Of a stretch of 64,000 nucleotides of DNA, positions 51,300 to 64,000 are shown piece by piece. This stretch comes from Neoechinorhynchus agilis (lineage: Eukaryota; Animalia; Acanthocephala). How positions within the stretch are numbered: position 1 is the stretch's first letter; every line of letters starts with the position of its first letter. The notes under the pieces are model-generated. The model searched no databases and was not told where the DNA came from. It was given only the letters and a program-made list of their open reading frames with translations. A program made the translations under genes and the position numbers. The stretch lies in contig CM121343.1 in assembly GCA_051530055.1 (NCBI GenBank), positions 342,389-406,388 of the forward strand, given 5' to 3'.

Positions 51300-54012
51300 A
51301 AGACTACATTTTGTTAATTAACAAAAAATAGTAAAAATTCGACAAGCTTTCAAGATTTTTATCCTTTACCATTTATTCTGTGTTGAAGTTAGAAATTTTC
51401 CACGACTGATATTAGTTTTAAGGTTTTCAGTTAGCCCGAAGAAAATAACGAAACATGAAACATTCAAGGTAAAATTTTTTGGAAACTTGATAAGATCACA
51501 TTTTGCTAATTAACAAAAAATAGTCACAAAATTTCGACAAACTTTCAAGATTTTTATCCTTTACCATTTATTCTGTGTTGAAGTTAGAAATTTTCCACGA
51601 CTGATATTAGTTTTAAGGTTTTCAGTTAGCCCGAAGAAATAACGAAACATGAAACATTCAAGGTAAAATTTTTTGGAAACTTGATAAGATCACATTTTGC
51701 TAATTAACAAAAAATAGTCATAAAATTTCGACAAGCTTTACAGATTTTTATCCTTTACCATTTATTCTGTGTTGAAGTTAGAAATTTTCCACGACTGATA
51801 TTAGTTTTAAGGTTTTCAGTTAGCCCGAGGAAATAACGAAACATGAAACATTCAAGGTAAAATTTTTTGGAAACTTGATAAGATCACATTTTGCTTAACA
51901 AAAAATAGTCACAAAATTTCGACAAGCTTTCAAGATTTTTATCCTTTACCATTTATTCTGTGTTGAAGTTAGAAATTTTCCACGACTGATATTAGTTTTA
52001 AGGTTTTCAGTTAGCCCGATGAAATAACGAAACATGAAACATTCAAGGTAAAATTTTTTGGAAACTTGATAAGATCACATTTTGCTAATTAACAAAAAAT
52101 AGTCACAAAATTTCGACAAGCTTTCAAGATTTTTATCCTTTACCATTTATTCTGTGTTGAAGTTAGAAATTTTCCACGACTGATATTAGTTTTAAGGTTT
52201 TCAGTTAGCCCGATGAAATAACGAAACATGAAACATTCAAGGTAAAATTTTTTGGAAACTTGATAAGATCACATTTTGCTAATTAACAAAAAATAGTCAC
52301 AAAATTTCGACAAGCTTTCAAGATTTTTATCCTTTACCATTTATTCTGTGTTGAAGTTAGAAATTTTCCACGACTGATATTAGTTTTAAGGTTTTCAGTT
52401 AGCCCGAGGAAATAACGAAACATGAAACATTCAAGGTAAAATTTTTTGGAAACTTGATAAGATCACATTTTGCTAATTAACAAAAAATAGTCATAAAATT
52501 TCGACAAGCTTTCAAGATTTTTATCCTTTACCATTTATTCTGTGTTGAAGTTAGAAATTTTCCACGACTGATATTAGTTTTAAGGTTTTCAGTTAGCCCG
52601 AAGGAAATAACGAAACATGAAACATTCAAGGTAAAATTTTTTGGAAACTTGATAAGATCACATTTTGCTAATTAACAAAAAATAGTCATAAAATTTCGAC
52701 AAGCTTTCAAGATTTTTATCCTTTACCATTTATTCTGTGTTGAAGTTAGAAATTTTCCACGACTGATATTAGTTTTAAGGTTTTCAGTTAGCCCGAAGGA
52801 AATAACGAAACATGAAACATTCAAGGTAAAATTTTTTGGAAACTTGATAAGATCACATTTTGCTAATTAACAAAAAATAGTCATAAAATTTCGACAAGCT
52901 TTCAAGATTTTTATCCTTTACCATTTATTCTGTGTTGAAGTTAGAAATTTTCCACGACTGATATTAGTTTTAAGGTTTTCAGTTAGCCCGAAGGAAATAA
53001 CGAAACATGAAACATTCAAGGTAAAATTTTTTGGAAACTTGATAAGATCACATTTTGCTAAATAACAAAAAATAGTCACAAAATTTCGACAAGCTTTCAA
53101 GATTTTTATCCTTTACCATTTATTCTGTGTTGAAGTTAGAAATTTTCCACGACTGATATTAGTTTTAAGGTTTTCAGTTAGCCCGATGAAATAACGAAAC
53201 ATGAAACATTCAAGGTAAAATTTTTTGGAAACTTGATAAGATCACATTTTGCTAAATAACAAAAAATAGTCATAAAATTTCGACAAGCTTTCAAGATTTT
53301 TATCCTTTACCATTTATTCTGTGTTGAAGTTAGAAATTTTCCACGACTGATATTAGTTTTAAGGTTTTCAGTTAGCCCGAGGAAAACGAAGCATGAGACA
53401 TTCAAGGTAAGATTTTTTGGAAACTTGATAAGATCACATTTTGCTAAATAACAAAAAATAGTCATAAAATTTCGACAAGCTTTCAAGATTTTTATCCTTT
53501 ACCATTTATTCTGTGTTGAAGTTAGAAATTTTCCACGACTGATATTAGTTTTAAGGTTTTCAGTTAGCCCGAGGAAATAACGAAACATGAAACATTCAAG
53601 GTAAAATTTTTTGGAAACTTGATAAGATCACATTTTGCTAAATAACAAAAAATAGTAACAAAATTTCGAGAAGCTTTCAAGATTTTTATCCTTTACCATT
53701 TATTCTGTGTTGAAGTTAGAAATTTTCCACGGGTGATATTAGTTTTAAGGTTTTCAGTTAGCCCGAGGAAATAACGAAGCATGGGACATTCAAGGTAAGA
53801 TTTTTTGGAAACTTGATAAGATCACATTTTGCTAAATAACAAAAAATAGTCATAAAATTTCGACAAGCTTTCAAGATTTTTATCCTTTACCATTTATTCT
53901 GTGTTGAAGTTAGAAATTTTCCACGGGTGATATTAGTTTTAAGGTTTTCAGTTAGCCCGAGGAAATAACGAAGCATGAGACATTCAAGGTAAGATTTTTT
54001 GGAAACTTGATA
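51300..54012. repeat. Satellite 3: 194/195-bp AT-rich monomer, ~14 copies
   Basis: cgacaagctttcaagatttttatcc... with period 52502->52697. A HindIII site is present in most units. Confidence 0.97.
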
Positions 54013-54646
54013 ATCTCCATTTGAGCCGGAAAAGATTGAGCCAAAGGTGCAACTATGTAACGGTATGGATGGTTTTTTGTGCGTAAGTGTGCTCCCATTA
54101 TGCCGAAAACACCGTCTTTTTGCATGTGAAAAGAAAATACGGGTGATGTGCAGCGATATCTTGGCTTACTGTCAGCGAAGATGCGATTTTTTCCCAGGAA
54201 TGTCCCCATTGAGGAAGGAGCGACGTCGCTGCACATACAAATGCTTACTGATGTTATCTTCGGAACGCTTACTCGTGGATGATGTGGGTGAGAGGGAGAG
54301 AGCTATTTTCATAGGTTTATAATAACACATAGGCACGAACATAACGGATTTAGAACCGAGCTAACCACAACGGAGGATAGTAAGCCATCCCATGAATGTC
54401 TTAACGACGATCTCATGGTGTATTATATTTTTGTGGTGTATCTTCTTTTATCCTTTTGGTATAGGCATTCATGATACCACAAGACGAAACAATTTTATAA
54501 ATATTGGTTCGTATAAACTAAGGAGAAAAAGAGTGGGGCGCTGGGAGGGTATTAAACTTGTAACTAAATCAAATGTGACCGTACCCGGGCTTTTTTTATG
54601 GATTTAAATGAGTTTCCAGATATTGTTTCGATTGTAGCTCCGAAAC

Positions 54647-57600
54647 ATGATGTCAGCGGCGGCAAATCAGCCAATGATGGAAATGGACGACGACGACGTG
54701 CCTGAATTCGACCGAACCGAAGAAGAGTACGCCGATGAAATGCAGCGTGAACTCGGAGATGACGCCCCATGGAAACGTATCCAACAGAACACATTTACGA
54801 GATGGGCCAATGAACATTTAAAACTCGTCGGCAGACCCATCAACAGCTTAGAACACGATCTTAGTGACGGCTTAGCTCTAATTGCTTTAATCGAAGTTCT
54901 CTCACAACGCAAACTTCCCAGACATAATCGACGACCGGCGTTCCGTAGTCAAAAACTTGAAAACGTTTCAGTTGCTTTAGATTTTTTGGAGAACAACGAG
55001 CGAATCCGCCTGGTCAATATAGATGCTAGCCATATCGTTGACGGACGGTTAAAACTTATTCTAGGTCTTATTTGGACTTTGATTTTACACTACAGCATTC
55101 AATTGTCGACATGGGAAGGAGTTTATGAAGACGATATGCCAGGCAAGGATTTGACTCCAAAACAAAAGTTGATGAATTGGCTCAAAAATATGTTACCACC
55201 GAATGTACCGATCAATAATTTTACGACGGACTGGAATGATGGCAGAGCAATAGGTGCACTGGTGAATGCTTGCGCGCCGGGTCTTTTTCCCCAATGGGAA
55301 AAATGTGATCCAAACAAGAGACTGGAAAGCGCAAAAGCAGCAATGGATTTGGCTGAAGAGCACTTGGGAATTCCTCAACTGGTTAGACCGCATGAAATTA
55401 TTGATCCCAACGTCGATGAAAGGTCGATGATGACTTATTTGTCTCAGTTCCCTAATGCCAAAGGAAGATCTGGACAGCTAAAAAAACCAATTCATGCTCC
55501 GACAGCTGTACCGAGGCAGCTAGAAATGCCAAGAGGCCCAGTCCGGTGCTATGGAAAGGGCATTGAACCCACGGGAAATCAAGTGAATGAACCGACGCAA
55601 TTTTACGCCGATACGACAGCGACTGGAATTAGTGCACCAATTGAAGTAAAGGTCATCAACCCTCATGGGTTTGAGGAACCTTGCGCTATCGATGAACGTT
55701 CAGGCGGTTTATTTACATGTTCCTATGTGCCAACTATGGAAGGTCCATACAGAATTATCGTAAAACATGGCCAACAGGAAGTGCCCGGATCTCCATTTAC
55801 GACTTTAGTTACCGGAGCGCCTCCTTCGTCAGTTCCGGTTCAAGCTGAAATTCCAATTTCAACTAAGCCATTCTCGAAGACTGCATTTGGTCCGGGTATT
55901 GGGCCTGACTCTATACCAGTCAATAAGCCTACATGGTTCGAAGTACAAACAAACGGAGGACCAGAGCTGAGAACAAATGAAGCGTCGGTGTACGACCCGT
56001 CAAATCGCAGTGTGCCTGTGCAAGGAGTTAAAACGCGTGATCCTAGGAAAGTTCACTATAAATACACACCAACAAGTCCGGGACTTCATAGCATTGAGAT
56101 TCCCAATGTGATTGATTCACCTTTTAGAGTGCCCGTTGTACCTGATGCTACACCGATAGTGAAAACCGCTACGGGTCCTGGAATTGGACCAAATCCGATA
56201 TACGCAAGAGAACCTACTTGGTTTGATGTGCGCACGAATGGAGACCGACCATTACCCATTAACGAAGCTAGAGTTTTTGATCCAATGATGAGACCTGTGC
56301 CAGTTGAAGGCAATGAAACGGGAAGTCCTCAAACAGTTCGTTATAAGTACACGCCTACGACTTTGGGCGACCACACAGTCGATATACCAAACGTGGTGAA
56401 ATCGCCTTTCCAAGTCCCCGTTGTGTCCAATCCGGAAAACGCACGCAACTGCCATGCTTACGGAAGAGGACTTCAACCCTCAGGTAATAGAATCGGCGAT
56501 TTATCGGATTTCAAGGTAACCACCGTACCTGATCAGACTGGTCCTACTGAATGTCCAAGAATAATGGTAACCGGACCCGATCATAGACAAGTTCCATGTA
56601 CAGTCAACCAGTCTTCTCCAAATACGTGGGACTGTGCTTATGTTCCTGAGCAACAAGGAGAGCACAAAGTGAATGTTGACTATGAAGGCCATTCTATTCC
56701 AGGGAGTCCGTTTCACATTGATGTTGGACCACACAAGGAGAGCAATATTCGAGCATATGGCCCAGGTTTAGAAGGAGGTGTAGCTAAACAACCAGCAGAT
56801 TTCATTGTTGAGACAAATGGTGAAACCGGAACGCTCGGTTTTGCGATTGAAGGCCCATCACAGACTTCAATTGAATGCAATGACATGGGCGACGCTAGCG
56901 CTAAGGTAAGGTACGTGCCGACAGCTCCGGGTGAGTATGCTGTTCACATTATGTCAAACGAAGAAGATATTCCGAAATCCCCCTACATGGTATGGATTGA
57001 TCCAGAAAAGGACGCAAGCTTCAACCCTGCGAATGTACGGGTATATGGACCGGGTGTAGATCCAGACGTAACGCAACTTACTGGATCGGTCAGCGAATTT
57101 GCTGTAGACCAGAGAAACGCAGGACCTGGAGAGCTCAAGGTTTCGTGCCATGATACTCGCCACGAACCAGTTAGAGTTACCGACACTTTGGGTCCCGATG
57201 GAATACATAAATGTCAATATGTTCCTCAAATCGCAACCCCGCACAAAATATGGGTTAGTCATGGTAAAGTGGCTACTCCAAATTCACCGTACAAGGTAAA
57301 CGTCCGAGACATGGTGTCTGGTAAGCGATGCATTAAGATGACCCGTAGGAAGGTGGGTATTAGTAGAACAATATTTTGTTTTTGGAAAAAACATTCTCCA
57401 TTCCGTAAACCTTATTTGTTCGGCTTTTCTCACTATCAAAAATGAATCGAAAAATGGAGAATGCCGCCTCTTTACGCCCCGTTTTTGAGACAAAGTTTCT
57501 TTAAAGGTCACCTTAACGACATTTATCCACTGGCGACTGCTTATGGACCGGGCGTAGATGAAAGCATTGGGATTATGCCAAGTGAACCAACGTACTTTGA

Positions 57601-59874
57601 GGTCGACACGAGCAAATGCAACGATCCTTATACGGACATTGCCGTTAGAGTAGCTGGCGCCGATGAGAGTGGGCATGAATTAGTGAGCATTCCGGTTGAT
57701 ATCGAGAAAGGTCGTCACCCTAAGGAAAGTGTTAGCCAGGTCAGGTACACGGGTCCGGCAGCCAATTGCCGTTACGCAAAAGTAGACGTGCGACTAGTAC
57801 AGGATCAGTATTGTTCAGTGAACAGAAATCCATTTATGGTGCCCATCAATAGACCACCACCACAAACCGCTCAATTGCACTCACAATCGATGGGTTTCAA
57901 GATTCCTACAGGTGGTTCCTTTAGTGATCTTAGCGCCCACATTGTTACACCTTCAGGACGGAATGATATTCCTTTGCTTGAAGATAACGGAGATGGCACT
58001 GTGTGCATTAAGTATCAGCCAACTGAACCTGGTACTCACGTTCTCTACGTCTTTTATATGCAACAACCAATACCAGGATCGCCTTATAAATTCCACGTGG
58101 AAAAGGTCGACTCGTCCAGAAGTGTTCAGAGAGTATATGCTTACGGTTCTGGACTGAGTGGTGGAATAAAGGACAGTCAGTGTTCTTTTAAGATTGTTAC
58201 AAGAGAGGCTGGTGTTGGGAACCTTTCGGTGGCTATTGAAGGCCCCTCGAAGGCTGAAATAATTTGCAATGACAATAAAGATGGTTGTTGTGATGTTCAA
58301 TGGTATCCTGCGGCTGCTGGTGAATACGTGATTAGTATTCAATTTGCCAATGAACACATTGTTGGATCCCCATTCACTGCTATAGTTCGAGATGTAGGTC
58401 TTAGCACTACTACAGAATCTTTTCAGTATAGGCAATCGACTTTTGACGTTCCGTCCGTACAAATGACATCGCAGCATTCACGAAGAGATGCTTCGACGGT
58501 TAATATCTATGGTACAGGCATCGAATCAATAGACGTGAACAAGATCAACGTGTTTACAGTGGATACCAGTTCAATATTAGGAGTTGGTGACCTCAGTGTG
58601 AATATCGAAGGCCCCAGCAAAGCTGATATTCGCTGTGAAAGATTGCCCGGTAAAGGGTCTTCCTATCGGATTTCGTATACAGTTACTAGAGCCGGTCAAT
58701 ACGTTGTTTCAGTTCGGCTCAATGGAATTGAGGTTAGCGGATCTCCATTTTTGCTGCATGCTAAAGCAGTTGGAGAACCAATCGAAAGAGTAGGCTGTTT
58801 CCGAAGTACGGACGCAGTCCGTTCCTTTGCAGCTGACTCTTCTTTAATTTCTTCATCTTCTTCCTTCATGCAAAGAAATGTGAGTTATGAAACTTCAAAC
58901 GTGAGTGGTGGTAGTAGTACAAGAGCACTCAAGAGTGGATATAGAGTAAACGAGCCAGTGTCACTTAGTACTAGCCTTCAATCGGCTCTGATTGGAGAAA
59001 TAGATGCGTATGTTGTAAGACCGGACGGATCGAGTACTTCATGCATGATCCAGCGATCTCTTCAAGACGATTCGCACTATGTGATGAAGTTTGTTCCTCA
59101 ACAAAGTGGATTACATAAAATCCACGTGCGTCTAAACGGCAACGAGCTTATTGATAGTCCATTTAGTGTCATGGTGAGTCCATCCGGTGTTCAAGATATA
59201 GGAACCACCGACGTTTCCAACATCACCGTCCATGGAGATGGTCTTCGAAGCGCGGTTGTAGGTGAACGGTCCGAGTTCATGATCAATACGGGAGTTGTGG
59301 GACTCTGCACACTCGCAGTTACCATTGACGGGCCTTCAAGAGTGGAGCTTGAATGCCATGAAGTTGAGAACGGATATCGCGTTAGCTACGTACCCAATTC
59401 TCAAGGAGAATATTTAATCAATATAAGAGTTGGAAGTGTGTCTATTCCAGGATCACCATTCACTTGCCATGTTACTGGTACAGGAACTAGGACTTTATTA
59501 CAATCTGAAAGCACTGCCACTCACAGTGTTGCTCGAGCACAAAATGTAAGAGCATTCGGACAAGGTTTAATGAAGGCGTTCCGAAATCAAACTGCGACCT
59601 TTCAGGTGGATGCATCGAGTGGAGGTATGTACATAAGAAAAGTTTCAAAATGATCGGAAAATCCTATTTTTTTCGTTTAGGTGATAGTGTGCTGATGGTT
59701 GGAATGCATGGAAAAGATACAATGATCCCATGTGACTCCGTGGTTGTGAAACACGAGGGAGATAATCTCTACAGCGTTTCATACAATGTGACTCATCGAG
59801 GTCACTACATACTCGTGGTTAAGTGGGACGATTGTCATATTCCAGGCAGCCCATTTTATATCAACGTAGACTAG
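54647..59874 (+). CDS. FLN: Filamin, 3 exons (54647-57320, 57507-59624, 59681-59874), ~1661 aa, actin-binding domain plus ~13 Ig-like repeats
   Basis: CH domains (WKRIQQNTFTRW, LILGLIWTLILHYSI), repeated AYGPG...GSPF units and C-terminal LVVKWDDCHIPGSPF. Phase-1 introns GTAAGC..TTTAAAG (186 nt) and GTATGT..TTTAG (56 nt) restore the frame; total 4986 nt. Confidence 0.95.
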
Positions 59875-61518
59875 ACACACAAGACTATAACAAGGCAGTA
59901 TCTTGATTTAACCATGCTTATTTTGAAAATTGTTCCAATTCTGATCGTATTCGTCCACACACACACAATGACTCCTAATTAAGATTTAAGAATAAATCTT
60001 CTTTTTGATAAGTGTCGCAACTGTTCAATCACTTGCGAGATTATATCTATATATCCAAGCAGAAGATTGATCTTTCTCTCAAAATGTTGGCTGATTTTGG
60101 CGCCGTTAGGTTCTTCATCATCGCGAGTTTTAAGTCGGAGGTGAACTTCTCTCATCTCTTTCAGTATAACTTTAGGTTCTTGTGCGCTAACGTAGCTCGA
60201 AGAGCTCGTCGGTTTCATTTTTTTTGCAAACGGCCACACTACAATCGTGGTTGCGCACCGAACTGTGTCTAAGTTCGTTACTTGTTGTAGGAGAGCAAAA
60301 CTATAATAGAATTAGAAGTTTTATCCGGGCAGCGGATGACCGGGACGTCTTGGATCTGTCGTTGTTTGTGCAGAAACAGGTTCTAAATCGTAAAATTCCA
60401 ATTCTGATCCAATGAATCTACAACTCGACGTTTTACTAAAAAGCATTGGGTAGAACTTGAAGAGAGCTCCTTATTTTCTTGGTTAAATTTGACTAAAGAG
60501 TGAATTCGAGGGTTGAGAAAGAGTAGTTTTTGGCACCTCGGGGATAAGAAAATTCACACTAATCTCTATTTCACACCGGTCGGATAATTCCGACATTTCC
60601 TCTCAAGGTAAAATACAAGTGTTATCTCGTGTATAGTAATTATATGATGGGAAATGATTGAGAAATGTGTGGCATGGACTCGGTCGAGATATTTTCGATT
60701 AAAATGTTTCATAATTGTTATTAGAGCAGACAATGCATTGCCGGCGCCGCCGCCGCCACCACCGTCAAGTACCCCTCGCAGAGTTTAGTAAATACGAGCA
60801 CAATAGTGCAACCCAAAGTGAAAGCTGTAGCGCTCAGTGGTACCGATTCCAGGCCGTCGTCTTATGAGCATCATTAAAGTGTGTTCAAATGTATATATAT
60901 ATAGATGTGAAACGATTATTGGTTGCTGCTTCGACGGCACCGTCGATGGTTTTGGTATGAGACGCCGGTGGGTAAAATCACGTCATCGTTTTTCTTCATT
61001 CTAATGTGTGCACAAGTGTGCTCATGCACACGTATGCCGCCTCCTTCCGTTTGTTCCCTTCCCCCCCCCCCACTGTGACTTTTTATCCCGTTTGTTCGAC
61101 CTTTCTTCGAGGAGAAATTTCCCAAAAGCGCCGCTGCTAACGAGAGCTAGTTTACATCAATTCGCATTCACGGATACCCGGACTCACCAAGTCGCTCTCT
61201 CCGTTATTGCTCCCTCCCGCCAACCACACCCTCTGCTTAATGTTTGCCGCCCTTTAAACACCAATGTGATTCATTGTTCCACCACTTTCTTCGTTAACGT
61301 CAACCGCTTGTTGATATTAAGACTTTAAATCGTTGTTTGAATGAAAGTTTCCGATTCCTCCTTATCACCACCCTTTTGACAATCGAACAAAGTCAACAAA
61401 GAAAAAAAATACAATTAAAAAACCATTAATGTGTCATTACCGTAATTCCCTAAGATACAAACTGGATCGTATCCATATCTATTGATTGATACGAAGAAGC
61501 CATTCGACGCTGGAACTG

Positions 61519-62617
61519 ATGATAGGGAATATTTCTTTGCTAGACAATGGTAACTACCACCGATCGGGCGCTTATAGACAAATTCCACCGTCAATTATGC
61601 CGTATCTGCAAATGCATAAAGTTCCGATTGCCACAGCAGCAGCAGCAGCAGGTATGTCGTCCCGAATTTCCGTTATTTCATTGAATTTGTTTCGAAGAAC
61701 AACAATCAAACCGCTATTTTTTGCCCTATGTCGGAAAAATTCAAGCGACCAACGTTGACCCAGTCACCATCAGCGTTCAAAACATTCTTTATCACAAGTT
61801 GGATCTTATCAGGGAAGGTCAGAGCAGCTGTGTCCTTGAAGTTATGGACAATAGCGGAGTACGCTACGCATTGAAACTAGTAGACTTTAATCATTGGAAT
61901 GCAGCCGAACGTGCTGATGCATATAGGATGTTTACAAAGGAACTTCAGTTCCTCGCTCGTCTTGGAAGTCAGTCGAACAGAATTGCTAGAGTGTTCGCGT
62001 ACGAAATGAACGACATTACAAAAACCGGAAAGATATTAATGGAATTAGGTTCGGATGATTTCCGGTCACTACTGCCTCTAAGGGACCACCCGATTCGCAA
62101 AATTATCCAGGAACCGCGGAGAAGGTATTTTTGGAGACAAATGGTGGAAGCCGTTCACGTCGTGCATGCCAATCGAATAGCACATTCGGACGTAAAACCT
62201 GAGAATTTCATTTTAGTCAATGGAAAGTTGAAACTGATCGACTTTGGGATGTCGTTCTATATACCACCGGGTTTATCTTCTTTATTGCGTCCCATAGCCG
62301 GAACACCGGATTATATGCCACCCGAGGTATGTAGAAGCCACACTACATTTGCAGTGTTCGGCTACCAGGCCGACGTGTGGTCTCTCGGTTGTATTTTATA
62401 CGAGATGACTTTTGGATACCGACCATTTGAACACGTAATTGGCAATGCAGATAAAATAATGACGATAGCCTCAATGAGGAAAGCCCTTCCCATACCAGCC
62501 TGTTCTTCACCTTCCATTCGACACCTACTTAGTAGGTGCTTGCACGTGAAGCCATCAGATCGGCCAAGTACAGCTCAAATATTAGCGCATCCATATCTCA
62601 CGAGCAACGCCATCTAA
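61519..62617 (+). CDS. Short Mps1/TTK-like protein kinase (predicted intron 61652-61745; start codon uncertain)
   Basis: YALK, HSDVKPENF..VNG.LKLIDFG, GTPDYMPPE, DVWSLGCILY.MT.G..PF, LAHPYL, all Mps1-type. The phase-1 GTATGT..TTCAAG intron joins an upstream poly-Ala exon. Confidence 0.85.
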
Positions 62618-63694
62618 TGTAAGTGATAGGGGCGATCATAAGTAGAGCAAGTGCACCATATCTTCTGTATATATAAAGACCGCTAATGCATTGTTTTAGT
62701 CGTTCATATCTGAGATCCGAATATGAGTGCTAGCAAAGAAGGACGACTTCTGGTTGTGTTGTTGTGGTACGATCATTCATTTTAACGCATCTCTAGTTTT
62801 TCCAAAAGGTTCTAAACCAACCGAACCCATTTTAGAAACCAAAATGAAGGTATATTCACTGAAAAAAATATGCATACTATGGACCATATTGAATTAATTT
62901 TATCCGGATGAAATAAACTTTTAATCTTAGTCACATTAAAAAAAACAACATATATACATACCTGTTCTACAGCTTTAAGACTGTCAGTGATTAATCGCAT
63001 TGCAACGTTGTCTCTTGTAACAGCAGCTAAAAAGAAAGTATCAATGTTTTATACTTTTACGCCTCCCCCCTCCTTCCGAAATTTCGAGCTGCTTTAAGTA
63101 AACCAACCCATTTATGTGCACTTTAAAGATTATTCTAAAGTTGGTTGCTTTACGAAATCTATAAAGAAATCAAAGACGTTACAATCTATTATCATCTACG
63201 CCATATGCAAGCGATTTGAAATGGATCAAAACCTTTCCGAAATTTTAAACTGATTTCAGGCTTTACAGCAAAGAATTGGTTTCGGAGATAAAGTGATCTA
63301 TTGGTTTTTACCTTATTTAGGATATAGGAGCTCATTCACCGTTTTAATTATATAAATGGAGCATAAAAGCAACAAAAGGTATGGAGCCCGCTATACTGTG
63401 CCTTCTGCATTTTAAAACGCAACTAACGTACGCATTCAATTCAAAAACGAGTTGATAGTAAAGTCAAGGTTTTTCGGTGAACCTACCGATGTGAACATAA
63501 TGGGGAGTTGAAATATTGAGCTCTAACAACACTTTTTTTTAGAAATCGGTATCACTCTTTTCATAATGCTTTCACTGGTGATTTAAACACAAATCAAATA
63601 TTAGTGATTCCCTGATTAACCGCAAGATTTAAAGGCCTGTGAACACTTACTAATATTTCCTGTTGGCAGTTTTAATACTCCAGATTTAATTGAG

Positions 63695-64000
63695 GATTGC
63701 ATTCAAGTGGTTAGGTAAGTTGTTACTGGGGTCGTTTGTCAAAACTCGAGAGGAATCATTATAGAAAAACTTATACATTTCGACTGATTGTACCAGTCAT
63801 TTGATCAATTCTATTGTTTGAAAGTTTTGTCAAGTGTGTTCACCTTAATTGACAAAACTTTCAAACAATAGAATTGATAAAATGACTGATACAATCAGTT
63901 GAAATGTATACATTCGTTTTTAATGATTCCATTCGGGTGTTGACAAGCGATCTAAATAACAACCTCGGAATTAAATTGACTAATGTGATAATTCCGACAT
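63695..64000. mobile_element. Second copy of the foldback element, truncated by the window end
   Basis: Essentially identical to 41215-41486, including the 30-bp perfect stem and its loop. Confidence 0.85.

Noticed and set aside
54667-58477. Antisense and alternate-frame ORFs overlapping filamin (and likewise those over the Tudor, MIEAP and GPCR genes)
   Set aside because: They are shadow ORFs expected opposite long coding exons.
59979-60415. Short ORFs downstream of filamin
   Set aside because: No homology and no consistent exon structure could be assembled.
60733-61328. Pro/Arg-rich ORFs and (GCC)n, (TA)n and poly-C tracts upstream of the kinase
   Set aside because: This is low-complexity sequence that could be promoter or UTR, but no phase-consistent coding link to the kinase was found.

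Overview
AT-rich animal genomic DNA with a heterochromatin-like character, probably from a non-ecdysozoan invertebrate (inferred from a MIEAP-like gene and a dmsR/myosuppressin-type GPCR). About 27 kb is tandem satellite in three unrelated families: 117/118 bp (1-19610), 146 bp (~31655-35992) and 194/195 bp (~51300-54012). Between them lie intron-poor, divergent genes: a prodomain-less furin-like protease, an RRM+Tudor protein, a 379-aa orphan ORF, a MIEAP/SPATA18-like gene, a peptide GPCR, a compact ~13-repeat filamin and a short Mps1/TTK-like kinase. There are also decayed non-LTR retrotransposons (three CRE-clade, one RTE, one L2/CR1-group) and several hairpin or foldback elements. The strongest leads are: (i) two frame-breaking, hairpin-containing inserts in otherwise intact genes (furin-like and GPCR) with no clean GT-AG solution and shared end motifs; (ii) a convertase with an intact catalytic triad but no prodomain; (iii) a serial-palindrome foldback element with an inverted loop. 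No rRNA, tRNA, CRISPR or prokaryotic features were seen. All homology calls come from motif recognition by eye, and single-base frameshifts could be assembly errors.
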